Assembly: GCA_963697275.1 (NCBI GenBank) | Contig: CAVONF010000005.1 | Span: forward strand, 241,964 to 305,963 | Reading direction: 5' to 3' | DNA length: 64,000 nt | DNA from: an uncultured Chloroflexia bacterium | GTDB lineage: Bacteria > Chloroflexota > Limnocylindria > Limnocylindrales > CSP1-4 | Shown here: positions 9,494-21,930 of the stretch, piece after piece | Layout: each line of letters opens with the position of its first letter | Position numbering within the stretch: position 1 is the first letter of the stretch | Program-made: the position numbers and the translations under genes | Notes under the pieces: generated by a model | What the model saw: only the letters and a program-made list of their open reading frames with translations | What the model was told of the DNA's origin: nothing | Database searches by the model: none

Positions 9494-10600
9494 GCGCGTG
9501 CCTTCGAGAGTCGCTCGCCCAGGATGCCCTGGGGTCGGAAGATGAGCACGAGGACGAGCAGCGTGAAGGCGATGACGTCCTTGAGCTGGTTCGGCGAGGG
9601 CACACCCAGCGCCTTCGAGGAAGAGGATGGGTCCGACCGATTCGACCTCGCCCAGGAACATGCCGCCGAGCATGGCGCCCGGGATGTTGCCGATGCCGCC
9701 CAGCACGGCCGCGGTGAAGGCCTTGATGCCGGGGATGAAGCCGCTGAAGAAGTTGACCTGGATGAAGATGAGGCCGAAGAGCACGCCCGGCAGCACCGGC
9801 CATGGCGGCGCCGATGGCGAAGGTCATGACGATGGCGCGGTCCACGTTGATGCCCATGAGCGCCGCCGTGGGAGCGTCCTCCGAGACGGCGCGGATGGCC
9901 GTGCCCAGCTTGGAGCGCATCGCGAAGACGTACAGGCCCACCATCATCAGCAGCGCGGAACCCACGACCACGACGTCCAGCCACTTCAGGCGCAGCGCAC
10001 TCGGCGATGGGCAGCGTCCACCGGCTCCGAGAGGATGGTCGGGACGGATAGGCGAAGACGCCGACTCCGACGATGCCCTCGCACGCGTGTACTGCAGGAA
10101 GAACGAGGCGCCGATGGCCGCGATGAGCAGCACCAGGCGCGGCGAAGCCGCGCAGCGGTCGGTAGGCGATGCGCTCGATGAGCACGGCCACGACGACGGC
10201 CACGAGTGGCGGCCACGAGCATCATCAGCGCGATGGAGATGATCGAGGCGATCGGGCTGGCGTTCAGGAACCCGATGTTGTTCAGGAAGGTGGCCGTGAA
10301 GTAGCCGGCGAAGGCGCCGATCATGAAGACGTCGCCGTGGGCGAAGTTGATCATGCGCAGGATGCCGTAGACCATCGTGTAGCCCAGGGCGATGAGCGCG
10401 TACACGCCGCCGAGCGAGGCGCCGTCGACGAGCAGGTCGACCCAGGTGTCGACGGAGTACTTGCCCGCGGACAGGGTCAGGTATGAGCCGACGACGATGA
10501 CCAGGACGACCACGATCCGGAACGTCCACAGGAACGCGGCGATGGCAGCGTCGAGCGCCCGTTCGGTGACCTTCGTGCTTGCGGCTGCGCCGAAGTCCCT
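9490..10600 (-). CDS. livH: Branched-chain amino-acid ABC permease (several frameshifts; start approximate)
   Basis: YALIALGYTMVYGILRMINFAHG, GTAIRAVSED...LMGIN, KAFTAAVLGGIG, FRPQGILG. Confidence 0.88.
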
Positions 10601-10731
10601 CGGCGCGGGCGGTGGTCGGTCTCGGCTCGCCGTCTCCCTCCCTGCAGGCGACTCGGGACTGGCGAGCGAGCCGGGCGGAGGACCGCCCGGCTCGCTGCTT
10701 CATGCCTGTGCGATCGTCAGGAGCGTCGTGC

Positions 10732-11971
10732 TCAGGGCCAGATCGGGCGCTGCCGGCGGCCAGCTGCCGTCGATCTCCGCCTGGCCGAGCTGGTACACCG
10801 CGATGAGCGGTGCACCGCAGTCGCCGAACTGCGCTGCAGGACAGGACGCCGGTCACGCCCTGGTAGTCGGTGGTCGCGTAGATGGCGTCGCGGAGGGCGC
10901 CCTTGGGCACGTAGAGCGGTGCCGTCCTCGCCCTCGACCGCGACCTGTCTCGATGGCGTTGAGGAGGATGTTGGTGGCGTCATAGCCGTGGGCGTGGAAC
11001 GCCTGCGGCGGCTTGATGCCGAACTTGGCCTCGTACTTGGCCAGCAGGTCGGCGTAGCCTGCCTGGAAGGCGCTGAAGTTGGGGCTGGACAGGTACATGT
11101 CCATGGCTGCGGCAGGGCCGGCAGCCTTGACGAAGTCCGCGGAGAACATGCCGTCCGAGCCGATGAGCACGACGTTCTCGAGGCCGGCGACTTCCTTGCT
11201 CTGGGCGGTCATGAAGCCACCCTCGGCGGTGAAGATGGGGTAGTAGATGACCTCGGGGCCGGCCGCCGCGACCGCCGTCAGCACCGGCTTCATGTCCGTC
11301 TGGCCCTTCTGGACGGCCTCCTGGACGACGATCTTCGCCACCCAGGGCGGCGAACTCGTCCGCGAAGACCTGCTACGAGCGCCTCGCCGTAGGCCGAGCC
11401 GTCATGGATGGTGGCGGCCTTGGTCAGCCCCAGCTCGTTGTACACGAACTCGGCGACGGCCTTGCCCTGGAAGGCATCGCTGTGGGCGGTGCGCAGGTAG
11501 CCGGCGTACTCGGGCCGCGATCGGGTGCGGTCAGCGCCGGGCGGGTGTTGGATGGCGAGATGGTGGTCAGGCCCGCGTTCGTGAGCGTGGCGATGCCGCC
11601 GACGGTCTCGTCCGAGCAGGCCGAGCCGATGAGGCCCACGAGCGGTCGGGTTGGAGGCCAGCTTCTGGGCCGCCGTGGCGCCGCCCTCGGGCGTGCACAG
11701 GGCGTCCTCGGTGATGATCTCGATGGGATGACCCTTGATCTCGTTGTCGCGGTCATCGGCCGCGATCGAACATCGAGTTGATCCAGTCCTGGCCGAGCGA
11801 GGCGTCCGGCGCCGGACAGCACACCCCAGCCGGCGATGACGACGGGCTCACCCGCCGGGATGGTCGACCACGCCGAGCGGGTCCTCGGGTGCCTGTGCGA
11901 CAACGGGCGCCGCGACCGCGACGGCCAGCAGGCCTGGCGGCAGCGAGGACGCCAAGGCTCTTCTTCATCAT
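10732..11971 (-). CDS. livK: Branched-chain amino-acid ABC substrate-binding protein (several frameshifts)
   Basis: MMKKSL signal peptide, GLIGSACSD, ISPSNT, AHGYDATNI, YQGVTG. Confidence 0.85.
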
Positions 11972-12329
11972 GGGTACTGGTACTCCTCCTTCTGGTCTGC
12001 CGTGCCTGTCGAGCGACGGTCAGTCGGTAGCCACTCCGTACGGGCGCTCGTCTCGAGTGGACGACTGCTGGCTACCCGCCACCAGGCACTGCGGCCGGCG
12101 GCCCTGCGACATGTCCATTCCCGAACGAGCGGACCGCACGGATCCGTGGCCGCTCAAGCGTGGCGACATGATAGACCGCCCTGCCGGGCGTGCAAGGTGA
12201 CACTGTGGCTGCGGCTCGGTTACGTGCTGAGCGTGCCAGACGCGGGCGGCCAGCCTCTGCCCGTGCGTGCTGTTGACCGGATGCACCACCCGGGCCCGGT
12301 CCACGGCACACGCGCAGCCCTGAATCCGA

Positions 12330-12359
12330 AACGGTCGGAGTCGATCGACTCCGACCGTT
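12330..12359. terminator. Perfect 30-bp palindrome (terminator or operator)
   Basis: AACGGTCGGAGTCGATCGACTCCGACCGTT equals its own reverse complement. A second hairpin, CACCGGCC...GGCCGGTG, lies at about 12373-12393. Confidence 0.6.
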
Positions 12360-12399
12360 CCTGATGTGATGCCACCGGCCGCGAGGGCCGGTGGGAGTC

Positions 12400-12537
12400 C
12401 TAGGCGGCCGGCGACTCCGCGGCCGCGGCCGGCGACTCGGCCGGAGCCTCCGTGGCCTCGTCGTTGTTGTTACAGGCGACGACGGCGAAGGCGAAGAGGA
12501 GTGCTGCGAACAACCCGGCGATGCTCTTGAGTTTCAT
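12400..12537 (-). CDS. Small (45 aa) putative lipoprotein
   Basis: MKLKSIAGLFAALLFAFAVVA|C lipobox, acidic Ala/Pro tail, strong AAGGAGG SD. Confidence 0.75.
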   Translation of the reverse strand: MKLKSIAGLFAALLFAFAVVACNNNDEATEAPAESPAAAAESPAA

Positions 12538-13052
12538 GGGTCTTGATCCCTCCTTGACGGATCCACGGCTGCGACGGCGCGTACGCCGGCGATAGATGAG
12601 GGCTCGGCCCGATGTCCGGCTCTCGCGGCTGCGGGAGCACTCCCTCGGCTCGATGCCCGATGTGGTGTCACCCAACCATGGGGGCACGCTCACGGCAGAC
12701 GCACCGTGAAGTATGATAGCTCTGCGCGTTCTGGATGCAAGATGCCCCGAGCGCCCCTGGCGTGTGCGGACAGTGGCCCCTCGTGGTGGCCCTGGAACAC
12801 CCGGTGCGGCGCGCTCGAGGACCGTCACAGCCTTCGCGGCCACATGGCGACTTCTATCCAGGCGCGGCCAGTCGCGATCAGACGCCCGCTGACTGTACAG
12901 ACCGGGTTGTCACATGGAGACCGACACATCAGCAACGACCGGACCCGATACCCGCGATGCGCGATGGGCACTGCCCGTGGACGCGACCTTCGCCTTGAGT
13001 GTCCAACCACGCTGAGCCGCACCTCGCGGCTCGCCACACACAGGAGTCCTGC

Positions 13053-14823
13053 GTGAGCAAGAACGTCGCCGTCTTCGTGGACGTCGCGAACATCTTCTAT
13101 GCGGCCAAGGCCGCTGGCGTCGACATCGACTACGTCACCCTCTTGAAGTCGGCCACTGCGGGTCGCGATTTCGTGCGCGCCTACGCCTACACCGGTCTCG
13201 ATCCGGAGAACGAGAACCAGCGTCAGTTCCACGGCTTCCTCGCCCGTAGCGGCTACAAGGTCGTCAGCAAGGACATCCGCAAGTACGGCGACGGCCGCAT
13301 CAAGGCCAACCTGGACATCGAGCTGGTCGTGGACATGATGCGCATGGCGGACAAGCTCGACATCGCCGTCGTGGTTTCCGGAGACGGCGATTTCGCACCG
13401 GCCATCTACGCCGTGCAGCAGCAGGGCGTGCGGGTCGAGGTCATCAGTTTCCGCGGCAACACCAGCAGTGACCTGATCGATGCCGCGGATGTCTTCATCG
13501 ACATCGCCTCCGTGGCCAAGGTGGAGAAGGGCGTCCGCAGCGGTCGCCGCGTGGCGGCCGAGGGCGACCTCTCGATGACCGAAGTCCCGGACAAGGAATC
13601 CGGCGTCGTGCCGCGCCGCCGTCGCCGTGACACCGAGGAGAAGCCGGAGCGCGCGGAGAGGCCATCGCGCCGACGGGGTAGCCGCGATGTGGCTACCCGC
13701 GCACCGGAAGCTCCCACGGTCGAGGCCGAGCCAGCGTTCGTGGCCGGACTGGTTGCCCTGCCTGGCGAGAGACTGTCCGGCCGGGTCGCGCCCGTGGAGT
13801 TGCCGCTCGAGGCACCCGACGAGGGTGTACCTGGCGATGCCGTGGCGACGACAGCTACGCCCGATGAGGCATCCGCGGAGGAGGGTCGTCGCCGTCGCCG
13901 GCGACGTGGTGGCCGCGGCCGCGGCCGTGGGACCCGCGACACCGAGGTGACCCAGACGCCACCCCTGGATGCGGATGCCGACATGTCGGCATACCCGGAC
14001 GAGGTGCCCATCCTGCCGCAGCACTCGAGCTTCGGTTCGGTCTGGGACAGCCAGATCGGGGTCGCCCCAGCCGGGCGTCCCGTCAGTGGCCCGGGCCCGA
14101 GCCAGGACGAGGTCTTCGAAGAGGATCTCGAGGCCGAGCCCGACGTGCCCGAGTACCTCATCGCTGAGAAGCGCCAACAGGATCGTCGTCGTGGTGGACG
14201 CGGCGGCCGCAGTGGCGGCTACCGCTCGGCCATCGACCGGGAACGCTACGGGGTCGGCTCCCGCTCCGGATACCAGCGCGGCCCCGGCCGTGCCGGCCCC
14301 AGGAGCTCCCGGCCCAGCAGCCCCGGACGAGCTTCGGTGCATGCCATGGAACCCATCGAGCAGACGCCCGGCGGTGACCCCTGGAGTGAGGTGCCGCCTG
14401 AGGTCCAGGAGCTGCTTCGGGCGGAGCTGGCTCGACGTCAGGGCAGCAGCGGCAGGCCTGCCGGCGGGGGCGACAGCCCCGCCAAGGCCAGCAGCACCGA
14501 GCCGGCCGCTGCCGTCGCGCCGGAGGCTCCGGCCGAGGAGGCCAAGCCCAAGCGCACGACGCGCCGGCGCAGCCCCGCCAAGGCCAGCAGCGCCGAGGCG
14601 GCAGCTGCCGTCGCGCCGGAGGCGGCCGAGGCTCCGGCCGAGGAGGCCAAGCCCAAGCGCACGACGCGCCGGCGCAGCCCCGCCAAGGCCAGCAGCGCCG
14701 AGCCGGCCACTACCGTCGCGCCGAAGGCTCTGGCCGCCGGAGGCTCCGGCCGAGGAGGCCAAGCCCAAGCGCACGACGCGCCGGCGCAGCCCCGCCAAGG
14801 CCAGCAGCGCCGAGGAGGCCTAG
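13053..14823 (+). CDS. NYN (LabA/DUF88) domain protein with a long disordered C-terminal tail (frameshift near 14730)
   Basis: VAVFVDVANI...KANLDIELVVD...VVSGDGDFAP...VEVISF...ADVFID. The tail is rich in R, G, E and P. Confidence 0.9.
14474..14820 (+). repeat. Intragenic tandem repeat (about 96-112 nt, three units plus a partial)
   Basis: Encodes SPAKASS..AVAPEAPAEEAKPKRTTRRR. Unit starts at about 14474, 14570, 14675 and 14787. Confidence 0.9.
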
Positions 14824-14827
14824 GTCG

Positions 14828-15958
14828 TTGGCCTCCGGCAGCACCGCGGCGGCGGTGACGCATGGGGGTCTGTTCGTGACACGCGGTCACCACGCGGCCA
14901 GCAGCGCTGTCGCTCGTGCCATCCGCAGCGAGCACCCGCCGCACGCCCTCCTCATCGTGGGCCCGCGTGGTGTGGGCAAGACGACGCTGGCTCTGGATCT
15001 GGCGGCCGGGCTGCTTTGCCTCGACGACGATCCGGGAGCGCGTCCCTGTCGCGATTGCACGGCCTGTCGCAAGGTCGTGGCCGGCAATCACCCCGACCTC
15101 CACCTCCTCCGACCCGAGGGTGCGGGTGAACAGATCCGCATCGGCCAGGTGCAGCAGCTCAGCTCGGAGCTGGCCCTCACGGCCATGGAGGGTCGGTTCC
15201 GGGTCGCGGTCATCAGCGCTGCCCATCGTCTCAACCCGGACGCGCAGAACGCACTGCTCAAGACGCTCGAGGAACCTGGCCCGGCGACGTGCCTGGTGCT
15301 CTGTGCCGATGACGCCGCGCCACTGTTGCCCACCGTGCTCTCGCGAGCCGCGCGCCTGCGCATGGCACCGCTGCCCATCGAGACCCTCACCGAGCTGCTC
15401 GTAGCCGAGGGCCACGCCGATCCGGCACCCGCCCGTGCGCTGGCCATCGCCGCCGGCGGACGGCCCGGCCTGGCCATCACCCTCGCGACGGCAACCGCAG
15501 ACGCCGCTGGCCCGGGCGCGCATCGGCTCGTGTCCTGCTCGATCGCTCGTCAGCGCCGACCGGCGCACCCGTCTCTCGGCAGCCGGGGACCTCATCGCCG
15601 ACGCCGTCGTCCTCGATGCCGGCATGCGCGGGGAGGTGCCGTCCTCCGGGGCGCGCCTCCAGCCGCTCGAGCGGCGCCGCGCCGTCCAGCTCATCATCGA
15701 GGTCTGGCGGGACCTGGGTCGCGATCTCGCCGTCGCCACACTGGCCGGCCGCGGTGCCGTCCGTGACCTCGACCAGCTCGACGAGCTGATCGAGACGGGT
15801 GCCCGCGTCGACACGGTGGCGCTGCACGCGTTTCCTCGACCGACTTGACCGCCTCATGCTTGCCGTGGAGGGCTACGCCAGTCCGGAGTTGACTTCGACC
15901 TCCTGCTGCTGGCATGGCCGCGTCGCAGTCGATCGGGCGCTGCCCGGCGCGTGCGTGA
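14828..15958 (+). CDS. holB: DNA polymerase III delta' subunit (frameshifted)
   Basis: HALLIVGPRGVGK, PCRDCTAC..V..GNHPDL, AQNALLKTLEEP, LLPTVLSR. Confidence 0.9.
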
Positions 15959-16268
15959 GTGCCCCGACGGATGGCTACGAGACGTCTGGTCGCCTTCGTC
16001 CACGGCTTCGTCCAGGGCGTGGGATACCGCTGGTTCGTCCAACGGGAGGCTTCGCACCTGCGACTCGATGGCTGGGTCGCGAATCGCTCGATGGCAGCGT
16101 CGAGGTCGTCGCCGAAGGGCGCGGAGGAGCGTCTCGAGCGCCTGGTCGTCCGCCCTCTGGGAAGGGCCGCCGCGGCCGACGTCAGCAGCGTCGAGGTCCA
16201 CCATGAACCGGCCCGAGGCAACCTTCTGGGCTTCGCTCATCCGCAGCGGAGCGCATCGCGGCGACTGA
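15955..16268 (+). CDS. acyP: Acylphosphatase (frameshifted)
   Basis: VHGFVQGVGYRWF...GWVAN|DGSVEVVAEG...EGP across frames. Confidence 0.88.
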
Positions 16269-16336
16269 GTGCCGGCCGGTCCGGTGGTGACCGGGACGCT
16301 TCGCTCGACGCGGCCCCCGCTGCTATCGTGACGCCG

Positions 16337-19300
16337 ATGGATTTCCGCATCGCCCGGTCCGGCACGCGACCGCTACGGCTTCGAGGAGCATCTCTTCTCC
16401 ACGGACGGTGAGGCCATCGTCATCGAACCGAGCACGCGCCATGGCCCTCGCGGAGCGGTTCGTGAGCGAGTGACGCGATCGCGCCCGAGCCGCCTCGGAG
16501 ATCGCCGCCATCGGACTCATCCACGAGCTCGGGCATCGTGCCGTGGCCGTGGAGCGGCGCGGCGATCCTCGCGCTGGCGGGCCCATGGCGCGCGGTCTGT
16601 CGGCGCTCGATAGCCGGCTCGGCTGCGAACGCGTCGACAGGCGGCCTGGCCACCTTCGAGACCGCGTTCCCTGCGCTGCCCGGTCTACCACGAGGAGCTC
16701 TCGCGTGGCGGAATGGCTGGCCCGGCGACAAGGGCCCGTTCCTGGCCGGGAGGCAGCCCTCGAGGAACTCGTCCTCACCCGCCTCGGTGCTCGCAACCCG
16801 GCTGCGGCCGCGTATCGTGAGCTGACCGACGACTCGTACCCTGTCACAGCCGCCGCAACAGCGCCTCATCGAGGGTCTTGGCGGCGATGACCTTGAGCCC
16901 GACGAACCCGAGCGTGACCGCAAGGCCCCCGCTCGCACCCTCATGGTCCGCCTGCGCGAGCCCATCCTGGCGGCGCCGCATTCCCTGGCCGCCCAGCTGC
17001 GCTGGATCCGCCTCCACTGGGCGGGCTGGCTCGATGATGCCGACCTGCTCCACATCGACCGCCAGCTGGGCCTGCTCGACGAGATCGAGCGGGCCGCCTG
17101 GCTGCGCGCCCGGCGCGCCCCGGGGAGCGGAGACCATGCCGATGCGGCGGCACTGGCGGGCTTCGGCGGTCTCGACGAGGAGCCGGAGGCCTTCAGCCAG
17201 GACCGCGACTGGATGGCCGAGCTCGTGCTCGTCGCCAAGTCCACCTACGTCTGGTTGGCGCAGCTGTCGCGCACCTACCAGCGCGAGATCTCGCGCCTCG
17301 ACCAGATCCCCGACGAGGAGCTCGACGAGCTGCGCTCGCGGGGCTTCACCGGCCTCTGGCTCATCGGGCTCTGGGAGCGCAGCGCCGCCTCGCGGCGCAT
17401 CAAGCAGATGCGCGGCAACCCCGATGCCATGGCTTCCGCCTACTCGGTCGCCGACTACCGCATCGCCGATGAGCTGGGTGGCGACGACGCCTGGCGCGAA
17501 CCTGCGCGACCGCGCCGCCGCCCGCGGCATCCGCCTGGCTGCCGACATGGTGCCCAACCACATGGGCATCGATTCGCGCTGGGTGGTCGAGCACCCGGAG
17601 CGCTTCATCTCCTCTCCCTACCCACCCTTCGAGGCCTACACCTTCAGTGGCGAGGACCTGTCGCCCGATGAGCCGCGTGGTCATCCAGCTCGAGGACCAC
17701 TACTGGGATCTCCTCCGACGCCGCGGTCGTCTTCAAGCGCATCGACCAGGGCAGCGGCGAGACGCGCTACATCTACCACGGCAACGACGGCACCAGCTTC
17801 CCCTGGAACGACACGGCGCAGCTGGACTACCTGCAGGCCGACGTGCGCGAAGCCGTCATCGGCCAGATCCTCGAGGTCGCGCGCCGCTTCTCCGTCATCC
17901 GCTTCGACGCCGCCATGGTGCTGGCCCGCCGCCACATCCAGCGGCTCTGGTATCCGCTGCCCGGCCACGAGGCCGGCATCCCCTCGCGCTCGACGGCGGC
18001 GCTGCCTGCCGCATGAGCTGCGCCGCCGCATGCCCGTCGAGTTCTGGCGCGAGGTCGTCGACCGGGTGGCCGCAGAGGTGCCGGACACGCTGCTCCTGGC
18101 CGAGGCCTTCTGGCTCATGGAAGGCTACTTCGTGCGCACGCTGGGCATGCACCGCGTCTACAACAGCGCCTTCATGCACATGCTGCGCGACGAGAAGAAC
18201 GCCGAGTACCAGCAGGTCATCCGCGAGACCGTGTCCTTCGATGCGCGCATCCTTGGTCGCTACGTCAACTTCATGAACAATCCCGACGAGCGCTCGGCCA
18301 TCGACCAGTTCGGTAGCCATGACAAGTATTTCGGTGTCGCGACGATGCTGGCCACGCTGCCGGGCCTGCCCATGTTCGGACATGGCCAGGTGGAGGGCTT
18401 CAGCGAGCAGTACGGCATGGAGTTCCGCCGCCCGCAGCGGGACGAGCGGCCCAACGAGGGCCTCGTCGACCGCCATCGCCGCGAGATCTTCCCGCTCCTG
18501 CGCCAGCGCTGGCGCTTCGCCGGCTCGAGCGGCTTCCGTCAGCTCAGCGCCGTCGACGGATCCGGCGAGGTGCCCGACGTGTTCGCCTACGCCAACCGCG
18601 CCGAGCATGGACCGGCCGACGCCGGCGAGCGTCGCTCGCTGGTCGTCTACCTCAACCGCTATCCGCGTGCCCACGTTCGCGTGCCCGGCGTGGCCGAGGC
18701 GCTCGGCCTCGGGAACGACCCGGACGGCTTCCTCATCCTGCATGACCAGCGCAGCGGCCTGCGACTACCTGCGCCAGATGCGCGACCTCCGGGAGCACGG
18801 CCTGGAGCTGTCGCTCGATGGCTACGCCTGCCACGTCTTCCTCGGCTTCGAGGAGGTCTCCGACGCTGACGGCGCCGGCTGGGCCGAGCTCGCCTTCCGC
18901 ATCGGGCTGGGAGGCGTGGCCGACGCCCGGCTGGCCCTGCGCCGCCTGCGCGACGAGCCCGTGCGCGAGGCCATCGCGGCCATCTTCGCGACCCGCGCGG
19001 TGCAGGAGGCGTTCCTGCCCGAGCCGGCCAGCGATGCCGACACGCAGCATGGAGCCGACGCTGCGCGCGCCGGCTTGTCCGGGGCCATCGACCGCCTCGT
19101 GGCCGTGACCGGCTGTGGCGGCGACACCGTGAGCATCGCCTTCGACCTGTCGCAGCGGATCGGACGGGCCCGTGCTGTGCGCCCCCGACTGCTCGCACAG
19201 GCGGTGGCTGGCTGGGCCATCTTCGACGCCGTCGCCCAGCTGGCCTGTGAGGCTGACGTCACCAAGACGGTGCTGGCGTTCGACGAATGGGACGCCGCCG

Positions 19301-19677
19301 CCGCCGTCAGCGACCTGGCAAGGCGCGCCGGCAGCGCCGATGCGCAGGCCTGGCGGGTCGTCGAGCTGACCCGCGCGCTGCTGACCCTGGCGCCCGGCGT
19401 GCTCGCGGAGATGGCTGCGGGCGATGGACTGCCGGGCGCCTGGTTCGCGTCGCCGGCCGTCCGCCTGGCCAGCGGCTGGAACGAATGGCAGGGTGCCACC
19501 TATCTCCGCCAGGAGGCCTGGGACGAGCTCATCGACGCGCTGGCGGCGCGGGACCTCCTGCTCGACCTGGATGGTGCCGAGGTCGCAGCCACCGAGCTGA
19601 AGCGCCGTGCCGCTGCGGCCGGCTATCGACTGGATGGGGAGGGGCGCGAGGCGGACCCGGTGCAGCCCGAAGCGTGA
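16337..19677 (+). CDS. Large alpha-amylase (GH13) family protein (multiple frameshifts)
   Basis: [53 protein letters not shown]. Confidence 0.88.
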
Positions 19678-20377
19678 GCAGCGATCGCCTCGGCGATCTG
19701 GTCGCGGACATCGTCACCTGCGAGCGCTGCCCGCGACTCGTCGCCTGGCGCGAGCAGGTGGCGCGCACCAGGGTCGCCCGGCACCGTGATGCGGTGTACT
19801 GGGGCCGGCCCGTGCCCGGCTTCGGGGATCCCGATGCGCGCCTGCTGCTGGTCGGCCTGGCTCCGGCCGCACACGGCGGCAACCGCACCGGTCGTGTCTT
19901 CACGCGGCGACAACCCGGGTGGCTCCGGCGAGCTGCTCTTCGAGGCGCTGCACCGCGCCGGCTACTCGCCGCGGCCTCGCTCGCTGCGGACCTGGAGACG
20001 GCCTCGTGCTGCCGGACGCCTACATCGCGGCCGTCAACCGCTGTGCGCCCCCGGCCAACAAGCCCACCACGCAGGAGCGCGACGCCTGCCTGCCCTTCCT
20101 CGTTCGGGAGCTGCGATCGCTGGCATCGGTGCGCGTCATCCTGGCGCTGGGCGGCTATGCCTGGGACGCGATCCTCCGGGTGCTCGCGGGCGAGGGTCAT
20201 CAGGTCTCGCCCAGGCCCCGCTTCGGACACGCTGCCGAGGCGCGGGTCGGGCCCTACACGCTCCTGGGCTGCTATCACCCCAGCCAGCAGAACACCTTCA
20301 CTGGCCGGCTCACGATGACGATGCTGGACCGGGTGCTGGAGCGTGCTGAAGGACTCGGCGACGACACCGGCGGCTGA
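19674..20377 (+). CDS. udgB: Uracil-DNA glycosylase, family 5 (UdgB-like; frameshifted)
   Basis: [49 protein letters not shown]. Confidence 0.92.
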
Positions 20378-20548
20378 TGCTGCGCGCTGCGACCGCGGCG
20401 GCCCTCCGTGCCTCGGGCCCGGCCAGTCTCAGTGCCGTGGATCTATCGGTATGTTCGGTGGTGTATATTCGATCGCAGGTCGATGAAGGGGGAGGGTGCG
20501 TGTGCTCTCTGGGGGGCTCGGCCAGAGCCTCAGCAAAGGAGAGCACTG

Positions 20549-21756
20549 GTGGGATCACGAAACGGAGTGTCGATGTTCGGCGCGGCCGCCCTGGTGGCCG
20601 CGCTCGCCGTTCCGGCTGCCGCCCAGGGCACCCTTGGTGGAGGTGCTGGCCGAGGGGCTGAACGCACCACGAGGGTTGGCTGTCGCGGCGGACGGCAGCA
20701 TCTATGTCGCGGAGGCGGGCACGGGTGGTGACGACCTGCACGGGCGAGGGCGGCGCGCAGGTCTGCGAGGGCCTGACCGGGGCCATCAGCCGCATCGCCG
20801 ACGGCTCGGCCGCTCCGGTCGTGACCGGGTTGCCCTCGGTCTCCCTGAGCGGTGGCGCAGAAGTAGTGGGTCCGTCGGACGTCGCCTTCATCGATGACGT
20901 CAGCTTCTTCGTGACCCTCAACCTCGGCGGCGATCCCGCGGAGCGCGCGGGCATGCCCGAGGAGCAGCAGTCCGCCGGATGGCTGCTCAAGGCCTCGACG
21001 GACGGTACCTCGGAGCCCTTCTCGGACGTCGCCGCCTTCGAGTCGAGCGACAACCCGGAGCCGACCATGGTCGATTCCAACCCCTACTCGGTCGCGGTCG
21101 TGGACGGTGGCGCTGTCGTCGCCGACGCGGGCGGCAACTCGCTGCTCAGGGTGGATGAGGCCGGCGCCGTGTCGCTCATCGCGGCCTTCCCGCCCACGAT
21201 GCACGAGTTCCCGGCCGAGCTGCTGGCGGCCATGGGCCCGCCTCCCGGCGAGGAGGGTGAGATCGCGGCCGAAGGCGAGGCCGCAGCCGCCGAGGGCGAG
21301 GCCGCACCCGAGGGTGAGATGGTCCCGCTCCCGGTCGAGTCCGTCCCGACCTCGGTGGTGGTCGGACCGGATGGTGCGTTCTACATGGGCCAACTGACCG
21401 GCGGCCCCTTCCCCGTGGGTGGCGCCTCGGTCTGGCGCGTCGACCCGGCCACCGGTGAAGCCACCCAGTACGCGACCGGGTTCACCAACATCATCGACAT
21501 CGCCTTCGGCCCGGACGGCACCCTGTACGTGGCTGAGATCGTCCACGAGGGCCTCATGACGGTATTCGCGGGCGGTGGTGCTCCGATCGGTGCGATCCTG
21601 GCTGTCCCGCCCGGTGGTGGTGACCCCCAGATCCTCGCCAACGACGAGCGTGTCATGGCCCTCGGCGGCATCACCGTGGGTGATGATGGCGCGATCTACG
21701 CGTCGGCCGGCACGCTCATGCCCGGCGGCGGATCGGTGCTCAAGATCACCCCGTAG
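20549..21756 (+). CDS. ScyD/ScyE-family secreted beta-propeller protein, paralog 1 (frameshifts near the 5' end)
   Basis: Signal peptide, GLNAPRGL, YVAEAG, DSNPY, VADAGGN, VPTSVVVGPDGA.Y.GQLTG.PF. Confidence 0.85.
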
Positions 21757-21781
21757 ATTCCACCGTCCCGCGAGACCGCGT

Positions 21782-21811
21782 CACGACCCGCCCACGGCCG
21801 GGCGGGTCGTG
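21782..21811 (+). terminator. GC-rich hairpin after ScyD/E paralog 1
   Basis: CACGACCCGCCC-acggcc-GGGCGGGTCGTG. Confidence 0.7.
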
Positions 21812-21846
21812 TGATCCGTGTCGGCTCCCGAGGGTCTGAGCGAGGC

Positions 21847-21930
21847 TCAGCCGCCCCCGCTGGCGAGATGGCGGAAGTCGGGCCACAGCGAGAGTCGATG
21901 TCCGGTGCGAAGGTCAGCAGCAGCCTGACG
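21847..21930 (-). pseudogene. Relic 3' end of a sulfotransferase gene
   Basis: Reads VRLLLTFAPDID-SLWPDFRHLASGGG*, compared with VRLLLTFAPHIDLSLWPNFRHLASAGE in 23356-24228. Confidence 0.8.

Noticed and set aside
12205-12320. Third copy of the REP-like element
   Set aside because: It has an inverted pair (TGCGTGCTGTTGACCGG / CCGGTCCACGGCAC), but lacks the CAGTCAC core and the 91-92 bp geometry, so it is too weak to call.
12825-14798. 657-aa antisense ORF, and many similar long shadow ORFs
   Set aside because: It mirrors the NYN gene. High-GC codon bias suppresses stop codons on the opposite strand, and there are no independent motifs.
14474-14820. Repeat-spacer-like array
   Set aside because: It is a coding repeat within the NYN tail.
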